Source: Balanoglossus misakiensis (taxonomy: Eukaryota; Animalia; Hemichordata). From it: a DNA stretch of 64,000 nucleotides. The notes beneath the pieces are model-generated. The model was not told the DNA's origin. It saw nothing but the letters and a program-made list of their open reading frames with translations, and did no database searches. The stretch covers positions 12,342,127 to 12,406,126 of the forward strand of contig CM082585.2 of assembly GCA_040954595.2 (NCBI GenBank). Reading direction: 5' to 3'. Position 1 is the first letter of the stretch; the number at the start of each line of letters is the position of its first letter. The translations under genes and the position numbers were made by a program. Positions 13,501 to 25,598 of this stretch are shown one piece after another.

Positions 13501-15007
13501 AACTTACCCATTCTTGGTGCTCCCCGTCCTCTAAGTCCACCACCTGTAATGATGATGCAGATTGGTTGTTACCTCACATTTGATTGGTTAATGATGATAA
13601 ACACAAAGCATTTCTGTACTACTCAGAACATACCATCATTAGATTTGACTACCTAACAAAATTAGAGCATTTGCATCAGCTATGTGGCCCCCAAATCTTA
13701 CCAAGAATCTCTTTTCCCTGAAAGATCTTACCTCTCTGGTATCCTCCTCCTCTTGCACCTCTGTCAGAATAACCACCACGTCCTTGAAATCCCCCTCGTC
13801 CTCCTCGATCTCCCATACCGCGTCCCCTCATGCCTCCTCTGGAAAGAAAGAAGATTGAGACAGTTGTCATTAATCAACCCCATCACAGTAAAAATTTGGT
13901 CCTTCATTGCCCCTCTGCCATGGTTTCAAGTGTTGAAATTTCTTAAAGGGAGTTTGGTAAAACAAGCACTCATCTATTCGTACAATACTATCTTACCTGC
14001 TGCCACCACCACCACGGAAACCCCTGTCACTTCCTCGACCACCTCTTCCGCCACGACCACCACCGCCTCCACCTCTGCCTTGATTCGGTGTGTATCCAGG
14101 CTGTTCAAAGGATGGCTTATTGGCATGATCCACCTTAACAACTTTACCCATGAATTCCTGTGGAGAAAATGACAACTTCCTTAAAGTGAATTTATTCTTT
14201 GCTGCTTTAACAACATATACTTAAGGAACCCAAGCAAACGTTTTAGTTTTAGTGCAAAATACACCGCACAAAACTCAAACACAATTCACACATCCACAAG
14301 CTTTAACTCAACCATATAAAGACAAAAGTTGCTCAAAAAACATACCTTTCCATTGAGTCCTTGAACAGCCAAATTAGCATCACTAGCATTTTCATATGTT
14401 ACAAATCCAAAGCCCCTTGATCTGCCTGTCATTTTGTCTTTGATAAGCAACACTAAAAAAATCGAATGATTTTGTTAAGATTCAGATATCACAAAAAATG
14501 CTTGTTAATACAAACCCCCATGGAATCCGAAAAAAGTCAGAATCGAAATTGGTGGTAGTCCACTATCTACGACAACGACGCCGGATGTCTTTTGCTTGCC
14601 AAAAACATTCACTACTTTAGTTCCCATGGAAGTGCTGGGTTTATTCTCATAGTCAGCTTTTTTATGTATATACCACCAAATATAGGCCAGGTTTGTCTTA
14701 ACCGCCATCTTGGAAACAAGGTGCTTTGTGGGATAGAACTGGGGGTGTTTTGGAGGGTCATTACGTAAGTTCATACGTACTGACCCTCCAAACTTACGTA
14801 ATGACCCTCCAAAACACCCCCAGTTCTATCCCACAATGCACCTTGTTTCCAAGATGGCGGTTAAGACAAACCTGGCCTTAAGTTTGTACCTTCTGAAACA
14901 TTGCCGTATTTGCTCATCTCCAATTCCAATGCCATCTCATCTGTTTCTTGACTAAGTCCAGCCACATAAAGCTTACTTGGTTCATCTTTCAATGTTGTAT
15001 CAGTCAT
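10534..15007 (-). CDS. RBMX: RBMX/hnRNP G-like RNA-binding protein (one RRM, RGG region, RDY-repeat region), about 11 coding exons
   Basis: Spliced frame: 15007-14890 MTDTTLKDEPSKLYVAGLSQETDEMALELEMSKYG; 14452-14346 [19 protein letters not shown] (RNP1); 14157-13997 VKVDHANKPSFE (RBMX has IKVEQATKPSFE); 13838-13732; 13543-13508; 13313-13275 GGPPMKR; 13157-13059; ~12934-12745; ~12635-12292 with RDYPP/PRDY repeats; ~11967-11896; ~10769-10534. Junctions are GT-AG with consistent phases where checked. Confidence 0.8.
12115..12248. mobile_element. Degenerate MITE-like inverted repeat in an RBMX-like intron
   Basis: AAGTCTAGCACC..CAACCATCATGAATTTGA pairs imperfectly with TCAAATTCATGATGGCTG..GGCACTAGACTT, arms about 50 bp. 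Confidence 0.6.
14685..14877. mobile_element. Near-perfect foldback MITE (GGCC ends, PIF/Harbinger-like)
   Basis: 14685-14771 is the reverse complement of 14791-14877 with one mismatch seen. Flanks are ATA and TTA. Confidence 0.8.
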
Positions 15008-15374
15008 CTTCTGATGTTTAAATAAAACACTACAGACAAAAGGTAATGAAGGTTACTTTCTCAAACTTCAGTGCTATTGTGCAACTTATTAGATTATTGT
15101 CCTGTTATTACACTCTGTAATATGACCAAGCTCATGTGTTTGTGGATTAATATGATCAGGATAGCGTTTTTTTTTTTTTTGTACTTCACGCCCACGGTAC
15201 CTATAGTATACTGACTTGCAATCTTACCAAATAGACAATGGGTCTTGCAGATGCATCATTTACACAGACTATCTAGTATTGTCACTCTATCATAGATTGT
15301 TCGCCCTAACAACGTACAATAGCTAAGCTTTTCTCAATCGAGTGAAATACAAACTATACATTACTCGTCTCATA

Positions 15375-15573
15375 GGATCTGGTTCTCTTAGTGGACACGA
15401 CTATACCCCATGGCAACGATACCATGGCAATGAGGGTGAGTTAGGGTTAGGGTTAGGAGGGTTAGGGGTGGCAATGTGAGGGTGAATTTAACCCTAACCC
15501 TCCTAACCCTAACCCTAAAAAAACATATTATCGCCCGTGGAGTATAGTCGTGTCCACTAAGAGAACCAGATCC
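15375..15573. mobile_element. MITE with 32-bp TIRs, 8-bp TSD and internal inverted telomeric repeats
   Basis: TIR GGATCTGGTTCTCTTAGTGGACACGACTATAC and its complement at the right end. GTCTCATA is duplicated at 15367-15374 and 15574-15581. TTAGGG tract at ~15441-15468, CCCTAA tract at ~15489-15518. Confidence 0.9.
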
Positions 15574-15815
15574 GTCTCATATATGTGGTATCTTATAATT
15601 TCTTTGTTTCTACGTGTACCTTCCGACGTTTGGCGACCTGAGTTGAATGAATCACGTAACATGTACGCTGTCAATATAACGGTACATATATATAGTATCA
15701 GAGATACTGAAGAAAAGTATGTCCTCAGTAAGTTTCCAGACAACAAATACGATATCTCCTTCTATTATGGGCAAGAATAGATAGTTAAAAATGCAGCGAA
15801 ATGTGAATTACTCAC

Positions 15816-15900
15816 CAAACGTTATATTCTCAATGTTGCTTGATTCAGCAGAATAAAATGGCGTCCCCCACGCTTTGCAAAGGATTGTGGGATGGTCACC
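15816..15900 (-). promoter_or_regulatory. Non-coding exon 1 and core promoter of the RBMX-like gene
   Basis: Minus donor TTG|GTGAG at ~15815. YY1-type CGCCATTTT at ~15855-15863 and ZNF143-like GGATTGTGGGA nearby. Locally CpG-richer. Confidence 0.55.
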
Positions 15901-16371
15901 ATTATGTTAAAGGGTCGCCAGAGAGGGCGTACTTTTGCCTGAAATGGATGATTTGGGAAGTTTGAAAAAGATTGTAGTGTTTGTCTTTAGATAAATCAAA
16001 CGACAACAAACCTCAAATGGACATACCTTTAGTATAACAGAAAATATACTTTGGGAAAGAAGTTGCATATAATCCCAAGGAATTATTTGGGTGTGAGCAA
16101 GATATTCGAGTCTTGATTGCAGCGTGCATATCCCTGCAGGAAAACTGAGGAACTTGTCACTCTGCTAAGAAATTGGTTGTGTTCTTCAATTAATCAACCA
16201 CCTTCACCCAATTCAGCTTCAGTACAAAACACAGCAAATGTACTACTGCTTTCAAAAATATATGGGCATTGCTAGGGTAAATGACATGGTCTGACATCAA
16301 CTGGAAAAGGTGTCACTAGGGCAAAATATTTTAGTCTACCAGCAGGATGTCGTGCCATTCTCACTTACTGC

Positions 16372-16916
16372 AATGTACCTTCAATTCACATACATCCATA
16401 TATGGCTGAAATGGCATATTTGAGTGCTCTAAAGAACATATGGTGGTGCTTATTTTCGCACGCCCCACAGAAAATATGTGATTGGCTAGATCTCAATTTC
16501 CACCCACTTTCATGACCCTTACATCCTGGCATTTCATTGGAACAAGTTTACCATTTTAACTCTAGTAAAATATCCTGTTGGAATCAGTGTACATTTCCTT
16601 TTTAGAACAAAATTCTTTGTCTATTGCAAAAGGTTGAATGTTGTGCAACTTTGAATGTCGTACCAACAAAACACCAGGATGTAAGGTCACTCATGTAGAG
16701 GCCAATTTGGCTTCTAAATTTACTGCAGGCACAGTTAAAGGTATACGGTCACCTATAGAAAATTAGCTACAGTTACCATGGCAAACTTGAGATCTAGCCA
16801 ATCACTGATTTTCAGTGGGTGGCACACGCGAAAAAAGAGCGCCACCATATGTTCTTTAGAACGCTCAAATGCGCCATTTCAGCCATATCTGGCGTATGTA
16901 AATTGGGGGTGACTGT
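16372..16916. mobile_element. Old non-autonomous DNA transposon (~130-bp diverged TIRs, Tc1/mariner-like TA-CAGT end)
   Basis: 16381-16497 (ATGGCTGAAATGGC..CTAAAGAACATATGGTGG..GATTGGCTAGATCTCAA) is an imperfect reverse complement of ~16787-16910. An inner pair lies at ~16513-16529 and ~16673-16690. Confidence 0.7.
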
Positions 16917-17303
16917 ATACCTTTAAACCACCAAGTTTATTGTATATCACTTTAGCTATCAAACCATTTTCAAATGCAAAAGTTTTCATTTGGGCAAACT
17001 GGTGTAAGGGGGGAGACAATTACAAGAGACTTTCTGGTCTCTGCACAAATAACCCAAAACACACAAGCAAGTAGTTGTTTAACATTTTCTTTAATAATAA
17101 GAATACTTCAAGATATATCTGAAACATTTAAGTGCCGAGTGGCTTTTTTTTTCTTCTTAAAACTTTCCATTTGTGTGATCAAGAAAAATCCTCATTCTCT
17201 CTTCCCCAGCAGAAAATACAGTACAAAAAGAACTTCAAAAATATTCTTACATGATGTATAGACTTGACTCTTTCATGTTAGCATTTTGCCAGCTGAATGT
17301 CTA

Positions 17304-17397
17304 TAACCCTTTCACCCCCATTTCTTCTTTATATGGGTCCATCCAGACTATTAAAAAGCGTAGGGTATGAACCAATATTTGGTGGTGAAAAGGTTAA
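17304..17397. mobile_element. ~90-bp mini inverted-repeat element, copy 1
   Basis: TAACCCTTTCACC...GGTGAAAAGGTTAA. A related copy lies at 27354-27440 and a partial copy near 47690-47744. Confidence 0.55.
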
Positions 17398-17696
17398 ACC
17401 AGATATGGAAAGACTGACAGGCAGTGAAAAGTCTGAAAGATACTGAGGAACTGTTCGTTATCAACTCTACACACACTACTGGAAATATTTTGGGGAACTT
17501 TTGTTTACATACAGAGAACAAATCAAAACTCAGGAATATATGGTTTGCTATTATACATGCCAGGAATAATACCAGCAAATGATGTGTTGCACTCAAAAGA
17601 GAAACATACAGTTCTTAATCTAAGAGTGGAATAAAATTTAGTATGGAAATCGCAGCCTTCAACTTCACTCAGTGACTATTGTCTTGGTCCACCGCC

Positions 17697-20261
17697 TTAG
17701 TACCTGCATTAAAAGAAAGAAGACAAGTTTAAAATGTGATTCTTGAATGGTTTCTTTCTCAGAAACATAGCTAGGGAAGGGGGGTGGTCAACATTTTCAT
17801 ATTCTCTGCTTCAAAGTGTTATGAATTTTATTTTTTATGTTTATGAATTTCTTAGAAACATGCTCTACACCCCAGTATTTAAGTTGGTTTTCTCGCAAAA
17901 GAGCAATCAACAGTAGTATTTTAATGACAGGAGAATCAGATTTAATACAGCAAGATTCAAACAGATTGATCATGATGTATTGATTCAGTTCCCTTGCGTT
18001 CAATAATTCCGTGATTATTTTCCAAGTGATCAATATAAAAAAATCTTCATGTCTCTAGAACAAGTGACAATGTAGTTGAGACATACTATAAATTCTCAAA
18101 TTCTTGTACATCCCCCTCTCAGGAATAGAATTGCCCAATATCCACCTCATTGCCAGATATGTATCACCATGATCATTCAACAAATTATACCAGCTAAAAT
18201 GTTTGACATTTTAAAATCGTAGAGGAGGCGGAACTGAAGAAACACAACAAATTGTAAATACATGAAATGCTACTGCTGTCCTGTCAATATATTAGCAATT
18301 TCAAAATCACAACATAATTTTAAATTGTCCAAAAGCAAACAAAGAGTAAAAAATGTCCTCACTGTTTTTATTGGCTCCAAGAATAGCTTGACTGATCATC
18401 ACTGAAAAATATACATGAAGGGGAAATGTCCTAAGTCTAACGTTTCTGCTGAGAGGTTAATAATGAATCAACTATGCTGTAGAGATATAACTGGGCTACA
18501 CAGACATATCAAGAAATGTTAGCAGGGTGAATAATATTGCCAGGATTGGCAACCGTTCACTGTCAATCAGAACACACATTGTGAATTCTATCAATCAAAT
18601 TTAAAGAAAACTAAAGAAATATTCATACGAGTCAATAACTTAAGCAAGCAGTTTACGAATCTTCAACCCACAGAATCAATTCAGAGTAACTTTCAAACAG
18701 ACAACTTCAGTAAAGTACGAGTTCCACCTGTATGTTTTTGATGTCCAATCTGTGTAGAATCTTGCTGTACAGGTAGTTTTGCAGAAGCACTATCAATGCG
18801 CTAGTTGATGTGAATGTTTTTTGTGTGCAAATCCAAAGCAAATAAAAAGCTTACCTGTACATATAGTTGCTGCCCCTGTCATAACCACCACTTCGGTCTC
18901 CACCTCCGCCACCACCTCCATAGTAACCCCTCGAGTTTCCATAACCACCACCACCATAGCTGCTGCCACCGCCGCCACTACCATAACCACCACCGCCGTA
19001 ACTGCCTCCTCCATAGCCACCGCCATAACTACCACCGCCACCACCACCGTAGCTGCTGCCCCCATAACCACCACCACCGTAACCACCACCACCTCTTCCG
19101 TAACCACCGCCACCTCCTCGGCCATATCCACCACCACCACGACCATAGCCGCCGCCTCGACCACCCCTCTCTCGACCATAGTAGCCAGGGTCACCACCTC
19201 TGCGCGACGGTTTCTTGGCTGGACGAATCAAGATTTGATTGCCATCAATGGACTTTCCATTAAGACCTTCAGTGGCTGAAATTGCATCATCGGCACTTTC
19301 AAATTTGACGAAAGCAAACCCCCTTGACTCGCCAGTCACTTTGTCTTTGATTAAGTTCACTGTGGTAGAAAACAGAAAACAGGTAAATTATGAAAGTGTT
19401 ACAAAATGATGGGATCAATACTGGCATAGCTGTTCATCACACATTCTTTTAAACCCAATGATCACAACCAAAGAAAGCTCTCATAACATTCCACTGAAGG
19501 GAAAACTATTCCGCCAAACTTACCTTCAACTACTTTCCCGTATTTACTCAGCTCTTTCTCCAGGGATGTTTCCTCTGTAGCATGATTAAGTTTTCCAACA
19601 TAAAGTTTTGTAGGGTCATCATCTGTATCTCCTCTGTCAAAAAAAGAAAAAGGGGAATTATAGAATTAATTATAGACAACTCGTGCTTTTGACTCAAAAT
19701 AAAATCCAATCCCACTTCAATATCACAGTAAAACCTGACATATATTTACCAATTCAAGTACAAGTTAACTGAACTTACCCTCCTCCACCTTGCTCTGGTT
19801 TTTTGGCTGGACCAACTGTGATTGTTCTGCCATCAAAATTCTGTAACAGACAATGAATAATATTATACCCCACTATTTATATGACAATACAAGTCCATTC
19901 ATCAATATATGTTTTACACCAAACTCACCGTTCCATTAAGCTTGTCAATGGCAGCTGTGGCTTCTTCTGGTTTTTCAAACGTCACAAACCCAAAACCCCT
20001 CGACCGTCCGCTGAATTTGTCTTTCACAATGACGACTGCAAGAGAAAAATAAAGTCAAAAGGAGAACAGAGCCGCATCTTTCTTGCAACATCCTGTTGGC
20101 AAAAAAACAATTCATCAAGCTTTATTCCTAAACTTCATTAACACATGATAATGCCACTTACCTTCTGAAATCATTCCAAATTTGCTCATTTCCAACTCTA
20201 ACGTCATTTCATCTGTACTGTGGTTCAACCCACCAACGTAAAGCTTTCCGTCATCAGACAT
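17697..20261 (-). CDS. Two-RRM glycine/tyrosine-rich RNA-binding protein, CIRBP/RBM3/RBMX family (paralogue 1)
   Basis: 20261-20162 [29 protein letters not shown]; ~20035-19929 [19 protein letters not shown]; ~19840-19779; ~19633-19524 [10 protein letters not shown]; ~19360-18856 [18 protein letters not shown] followed by a GGGYG tail; final exon 17703-17697 completes R-Y-stop. Confidence 0.88.
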
Positions 20262-23200
20262 GGTTCAACAAACGTCTTATATCTTACTGGAATTAAACCT
20301 GAAATATAGTTACATGCAAAAGTCAGTATACAAAAATACAATGGTTTAAAATCATAAGCAATATCACAGTACCACACAAGAATATCATATGGCATTTGTA
20401 TTAATCATAATCATGACAGAGTTTGATAGAAATTGATAATTTTATTCGATTGGATTCAACATAATAATATTAAAGGTAATCAATCAACAATAACAATGAA
20501 ATGACTGTATTGCTTGGTTTTCTTCAATGAATTCTTTTCTTCTGAAACACTGATTCTGCACGTGGTAAACTCCTATGAACAACTGCATCACTGATCAACT
20601 TAGTTTTGATCAAGAACATCTGCTGGCAAACTCGAACAAACAGGATGGATTGAACTGTGCAAGAGAATAAGCATCTTCGGAATATCTTTGAGTAACATAA
20701 TTCAGGATTTCTCTTCAGTTGGAGCATTGAAAACATCTTGTGAGTATTGGATTGCTACATGTAAACAGCTCAGTCTGGGCAGCAATTTTTCTGAAGCATT
20801 TGTACTTTACCATGCAGCATCAAACATCGTTTTATCAGACAGACAGCTATGGCAGATTGAGGAAGGTCACCAGATGTGATTCATAGTTGGGGTCAGCCCC
20901 ATCAATTGACCCAGTAAAGCGATCATGTTCTCAGGAATTCTTTCTGCTATGATTCAAAGGCAGCTACTGTGGAAACTCTGGGATTAAGGCCGTCAACAAT
21001 TCCCTTTAGCACATGTTGCGAACTTCCTATTCGGCATCTTTACATCCATTTATGATATAGCGCGAATTATGAACTTTTATTTCATGACTGAGATACATCA
21101 AGTATAAATACATTTGTGGTTAAGACATCAGGGGCATCCATTAGGTAAGGTAAAACGATCTTCACCACAATTATTCAATTACCCAAGCTGCACGTTTGTG
21201 AATATTTCCTTGATACACATCCATATGACTCGCAAAACTTCTGTATTTAACAATAAGAATCTCATAACAGTAATAAAAGAATTGTTCAACTAAAAAGAAA
21301 ATACAGAACTGAGTTTGTCATAAAATGCACGTCATAATTGTTGCAGCAATTTCTGCTCCTGGCTATGTCTAATACACATGATGTAACAATTTATGGTCAT
21401 ATATCTATTCTAAGTAGCAATACTTCACTGTAAACATGGGTATTGTTGATTTGAATCAGCGTTGAAATGTTCCTACCATAAACGTACCATTCTTTCTAAT
21501 CACTGAACGGAGTGGTTGTTGCTATAGTTATATTACTTGTGATACAAGCGTCAAATTGTAATACCAATACACCAATGGATGCCCTGATGTGCAAGTTTAT
21601 ATTATATTTGTTCATAAAGACAAGAGATAAACCATTTGTTACAAGTGGAAAATTTTTACTCTGCAAGACATAGTGCAAACTGACAAAGTAATGGGGACAT
21701 TCACAAGGGTAATTGGCTCAACGGCTGACTCCCTTATGAACTGTCAATTTTTTTTTTCAATCGAAATTCTGGGCTGTTTTTTTGTAACACCAAACCCATC
21801 TACAAGGAGACTCACCTTCACCAGTATCTCCATGTTTAACTTATAATTTCAGTCTGCAACGCAACTTCAACCTGCGTCTGCACTCAGCCAAACCACCATA
21901 GGCTTCCATGGCGCATCTTTTACACTACACACTGTCATGTTTGCACTTCTAGTACCGAGCAAAACAGAGGATTCAGTCTTGTCTTCAGAGCACATTGACA
22001 ATCAATTCATGCCATGTGTTCAAAACTCACAATTTCAAAATAAGGTGTTCTCTGTATTTTCACAATCATTATAATTAGCTAATATAAAGTATTTCCATAA
22101 GTGTTTCCATATACAACAGTAGAAAAAATTTAAAAAATAACATTGGAGTACTTTTTCTTTGAATCAAATCCTTTACAACTAATACATAAGATTCAACAAC
22201 AAAGACACTAAAATATCAATATAGATGGTAAATTGTTGTTCACATACTGTATCACCCTAAGGAAAAATGTAACCAACACATGAATGTAAGGTTGTGATGC
22301 TATTAAACATATTCTGAACAATTCAGACACAAGAAATGTAGTATTTAAATAATTTTTGTCAAGAAACTAAATATGAAACACTTATTCGTACGAGAAAAGG
22401 ATAGTTGTGATTAACGTTTGCAGCAGTTACAAAAATAGATTGGGATCATTCTCCCATCACTCTAGACATTGTACAAGAAACAATCTCACACATTCAATGA
22501 AAGGTTCTGATTTGGGCCACCAAGGTACATCCTACAATGATCCAGAGGAAAATGCTGTAAATCCATGAACTGAATTCAAGCTAAAATTACGCATATCCTT
22601 GGTGACCTCATTGTAAGAACGATCATTCAGAAAGTACTTTGAGTTGGAAGCCTTGTGAAAATGCCTTTTAAGACTATAACGGGAGGAAATGTACCCTCAA
22701 GGCTCAAATCATTCAATTTTATCTCATGAAGTAGAAACGCCGCGGCTTTGTAAAACAAGAAGACGTTTTTCCTTTGTCTAAAAGCAAATCGCTGTGCATT
22801 CTGGGAAATATAACCAACTCCGAGTTGGCCCCTGCGACCAGGACAAGCATAATGAATATTAACGTGAAATTTTGAGGATTCACCTGCAAATCAGAGCATC
22901 ATCACTAACACCATTTCACGCGAGTTTTTATCCGTTTGACCACGATACCATAACCGACGTTAAATTGCCACATAAAACAATAATCTTCCATTTTTTTCTC
23001 CCCAGTCTTAATTTTGAAAAAGGAAGAAATCGGACAAGTCGTTGACGAATAAAATTTGATCCGTGTACGTTTAATAGCTCAGATCGTATACATTTGATAG
23101 GCTTTGAATCATTTCCAATTTTATCTCCGGAAAAACAAATTTCACTTGAAGCTAATCAGAACACGAAATAGATCACCACATTAGTTGGTCTTTGTCACGT

Positions 23201-23395
23201 GATTCATAGCGAGCGGCATGCACGTCTAAATTTTCAAAAACGTCACGATTTTCAACCGTAAAAATCTTCGGCATTTCGGGGTTGTTTCGAATCATTTTAA
23301 CCCAAAATATTCTTGAGTGCCAAATAAATAATATTACACGGATAATTGATCAAAATAAGGTTTCGATGAGAAATATTGGTTGGAAAATGTCATAC

Positions 23396-23520
23396 CTGTT
23401 ACTCCAACACCACCTCTGGGAAGAATGATCGGGAAAATGGCCGAAATGACGCATGAAGTGTTGGATTATGGGTAAATGATTGAAAAGGAGGCTTGGCGCG
23501 CCTTTCCTGTTCACGTGACC
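23396..23520 (-). promoter_or_regulatory. Non-coding exon 1 and promoter of two-RRM paralogue 1
   Basis: Donor CAG|GTATG at ~23395. GGCCATTTT at ~23434-23442, GGATTATGGGTAA at ~23463, E-box TCACGTGA at ~23511. CpG-rich over ~22730-23520. Confidence 0.55.
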
Positions 23521-25598
23521 ACTTGTCACTTCAGTTTATTCATGCTGGCTACTATCATGACTATGCATGGGTTATTGTTATCCCAGTACAATGTAATTAG
23601 TAAATGGTTACGTCAGAATTATGCTTTGACACAGGTTCTGTATGGTCAAGATAATTAAATTGAATAATTTTGATTGCCAATATAGACTGTATAGAAAGGG
23701 ATGCAGCGTATATTTCGTTGCATTGTGCCTATGTGGGGCTATGAAACCATACATCTGGGACTGTGAACTGGTATTTAGCAAATGATTTGCACCATGGATG
23801 ATTAACAAACATTACCATAACAACTGTGACTTTGTTGTCCAAAGCATTACAAGCCTACCACCCATGAAGCATTGCCTAATGACAAATCAAAACGCATATT
23901 TGCTGTAAGGATTTAATAAATATTATTCATCTGCAGAAGCCCCCATCATGTGATTTGTAATTTCCTATTGTTTTGATGTGTGAAGTACCTGGAATGTCTG
24001 TCAAAGGACCAGCTTCGTCTGGGCAATAAACATAAATTATTGACTGTAAGTAGTTTCAAAGATAGAGCCTTTCAATGCAAGGAAGCCATTTTCCAATACA
24101 ATGTCAAAAAAATCTTGATTTTTATCGGGTTCATACAGGGCCAATAATGTTTCCCTCTTGAGAGAAAATTACAGAAAAGCCTCTTCAAAGTTCAAATTAA
24201 TCCTATACCATGAGATGATGTTTGTAAATCTAGAACAAAGGGTGGCAACATTTGCATTTTCACACTCATCCATGCTATAACACACAAACAGCACTACACA
24301 CATTGAAGTGAAACACTGACATAAAAAGTTTCAATACTTATGTTTTTTTATTAACTTCATGGTAACATAAACACCCAACTTCTGAAAGTTGCCTGAACCA
24401 CTTTCAGGCATTTCACTCTATTTTGTCTGAAAGATATTTTTTAAACACATAGCAGGGAAAGCCAATCTTTTTTTTTTTCAAATACACATCAGGGTAAGTA
24501 GTCTGGGAATAAGGTCCATAAAAATGATATTTGACAAATTTGTAAAGAACAGAAAATTTCAACAGTCAACACTTGGGTTACTCCTGTTCCCAGTCATATT
24601 AACAAATCAGAGATCACTTTTAAAAAGACCAGTGCAAGTCAGCTGATGCAACATGAACATGTTTGTTTCAGAATCATAATAGTGACACTAAAACTTAATG
24701 GTGGGATTTAGAATCATTCCGAAGACACGTTTGCACTACGTCCAAATAACACTAAATCTAGACAAATATTTATTGATAAGCGAAAGTTGCATCATTACAG
24801 CAAAACAATTCCAGCTTTTAAACTTCAGCTTTGTTTTGTGAATAAACGATTCAACAGGAAATTTCTGGTCACATCTCAATGTTTTCAAAGGCCAAGTTAC
24901 ATCTGTACAAAAGGAAATGAGGTGAAAGTTTTACTGGTACAAAGTTTTTATAACCCCCCCCCCCCCCATAAATGAATGGAATAGTCCTTCCTAACAAATA
25001 AAAAAACAGGTCAGACACATATTTGCACAACCTGTACAAGGTGGTAACAATTTTTGACTTTTTTGTACTTGACAGGTAAATTGTACAAAATTTTTCGAAA
25101 CAACCATTTCAAGCGTATGGCAAGACAAGTTAAACTCATGTTTACAACATCGATGAGATAATACCTTTAACATTTATTGGGATAAGATTTTATGACAAAA
25201 CCAAAAATCAATACTTAGCAAGTGGCTCTCTCTAAACACACTATGAAACTTAATGCTTTATTTTCTGACGACGGAATCTGAATAAAACTTAAAACAGTAG
25301 GATGAAACATCCCTACAACAATTCAAATCAAGTGAATAATACAAAAAATGTTTCTCAAAGACCCATATTACCGGACTGCTATAAGACTTCCTCTTACACA
25401 CATGATTACTGAATCCTGACAAGTTTAGAAGCATGAAAACTATGTTGCAGTCTGCTGTCTCTGTTTCTAAGAGACTTCAGGCTTAATTTATAAATGTTAC
25501 CAAAATCTAGTAAAGTTAGCTGATGAATGTGATGAAATGGCCAGTACTATTATGATGCAGACATGGACGCATAGTTCCTCCCTTTGTGACTCGGCTCT

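Noticed and set aside
15441-15518. Head-to-head telomere fusion site
   Set aside because: The tracts are short and enclosed by TIRs and an 8-bp TSD, so they are internal to a transposon.
13000-15815. A SNORD61-like snoRNA in RBMX-like introns, as in vertebrates
   Set aside because: I found no properly spaced C/D boxes or the expected guide by eye. This is not excluded without a covariance-model search.
18793-19279. His-rich, Thr-rich and Val-rich ORFs
   Set aside because: They are shadow frames of the GGN/TAY-rich exon of paralogue 1.
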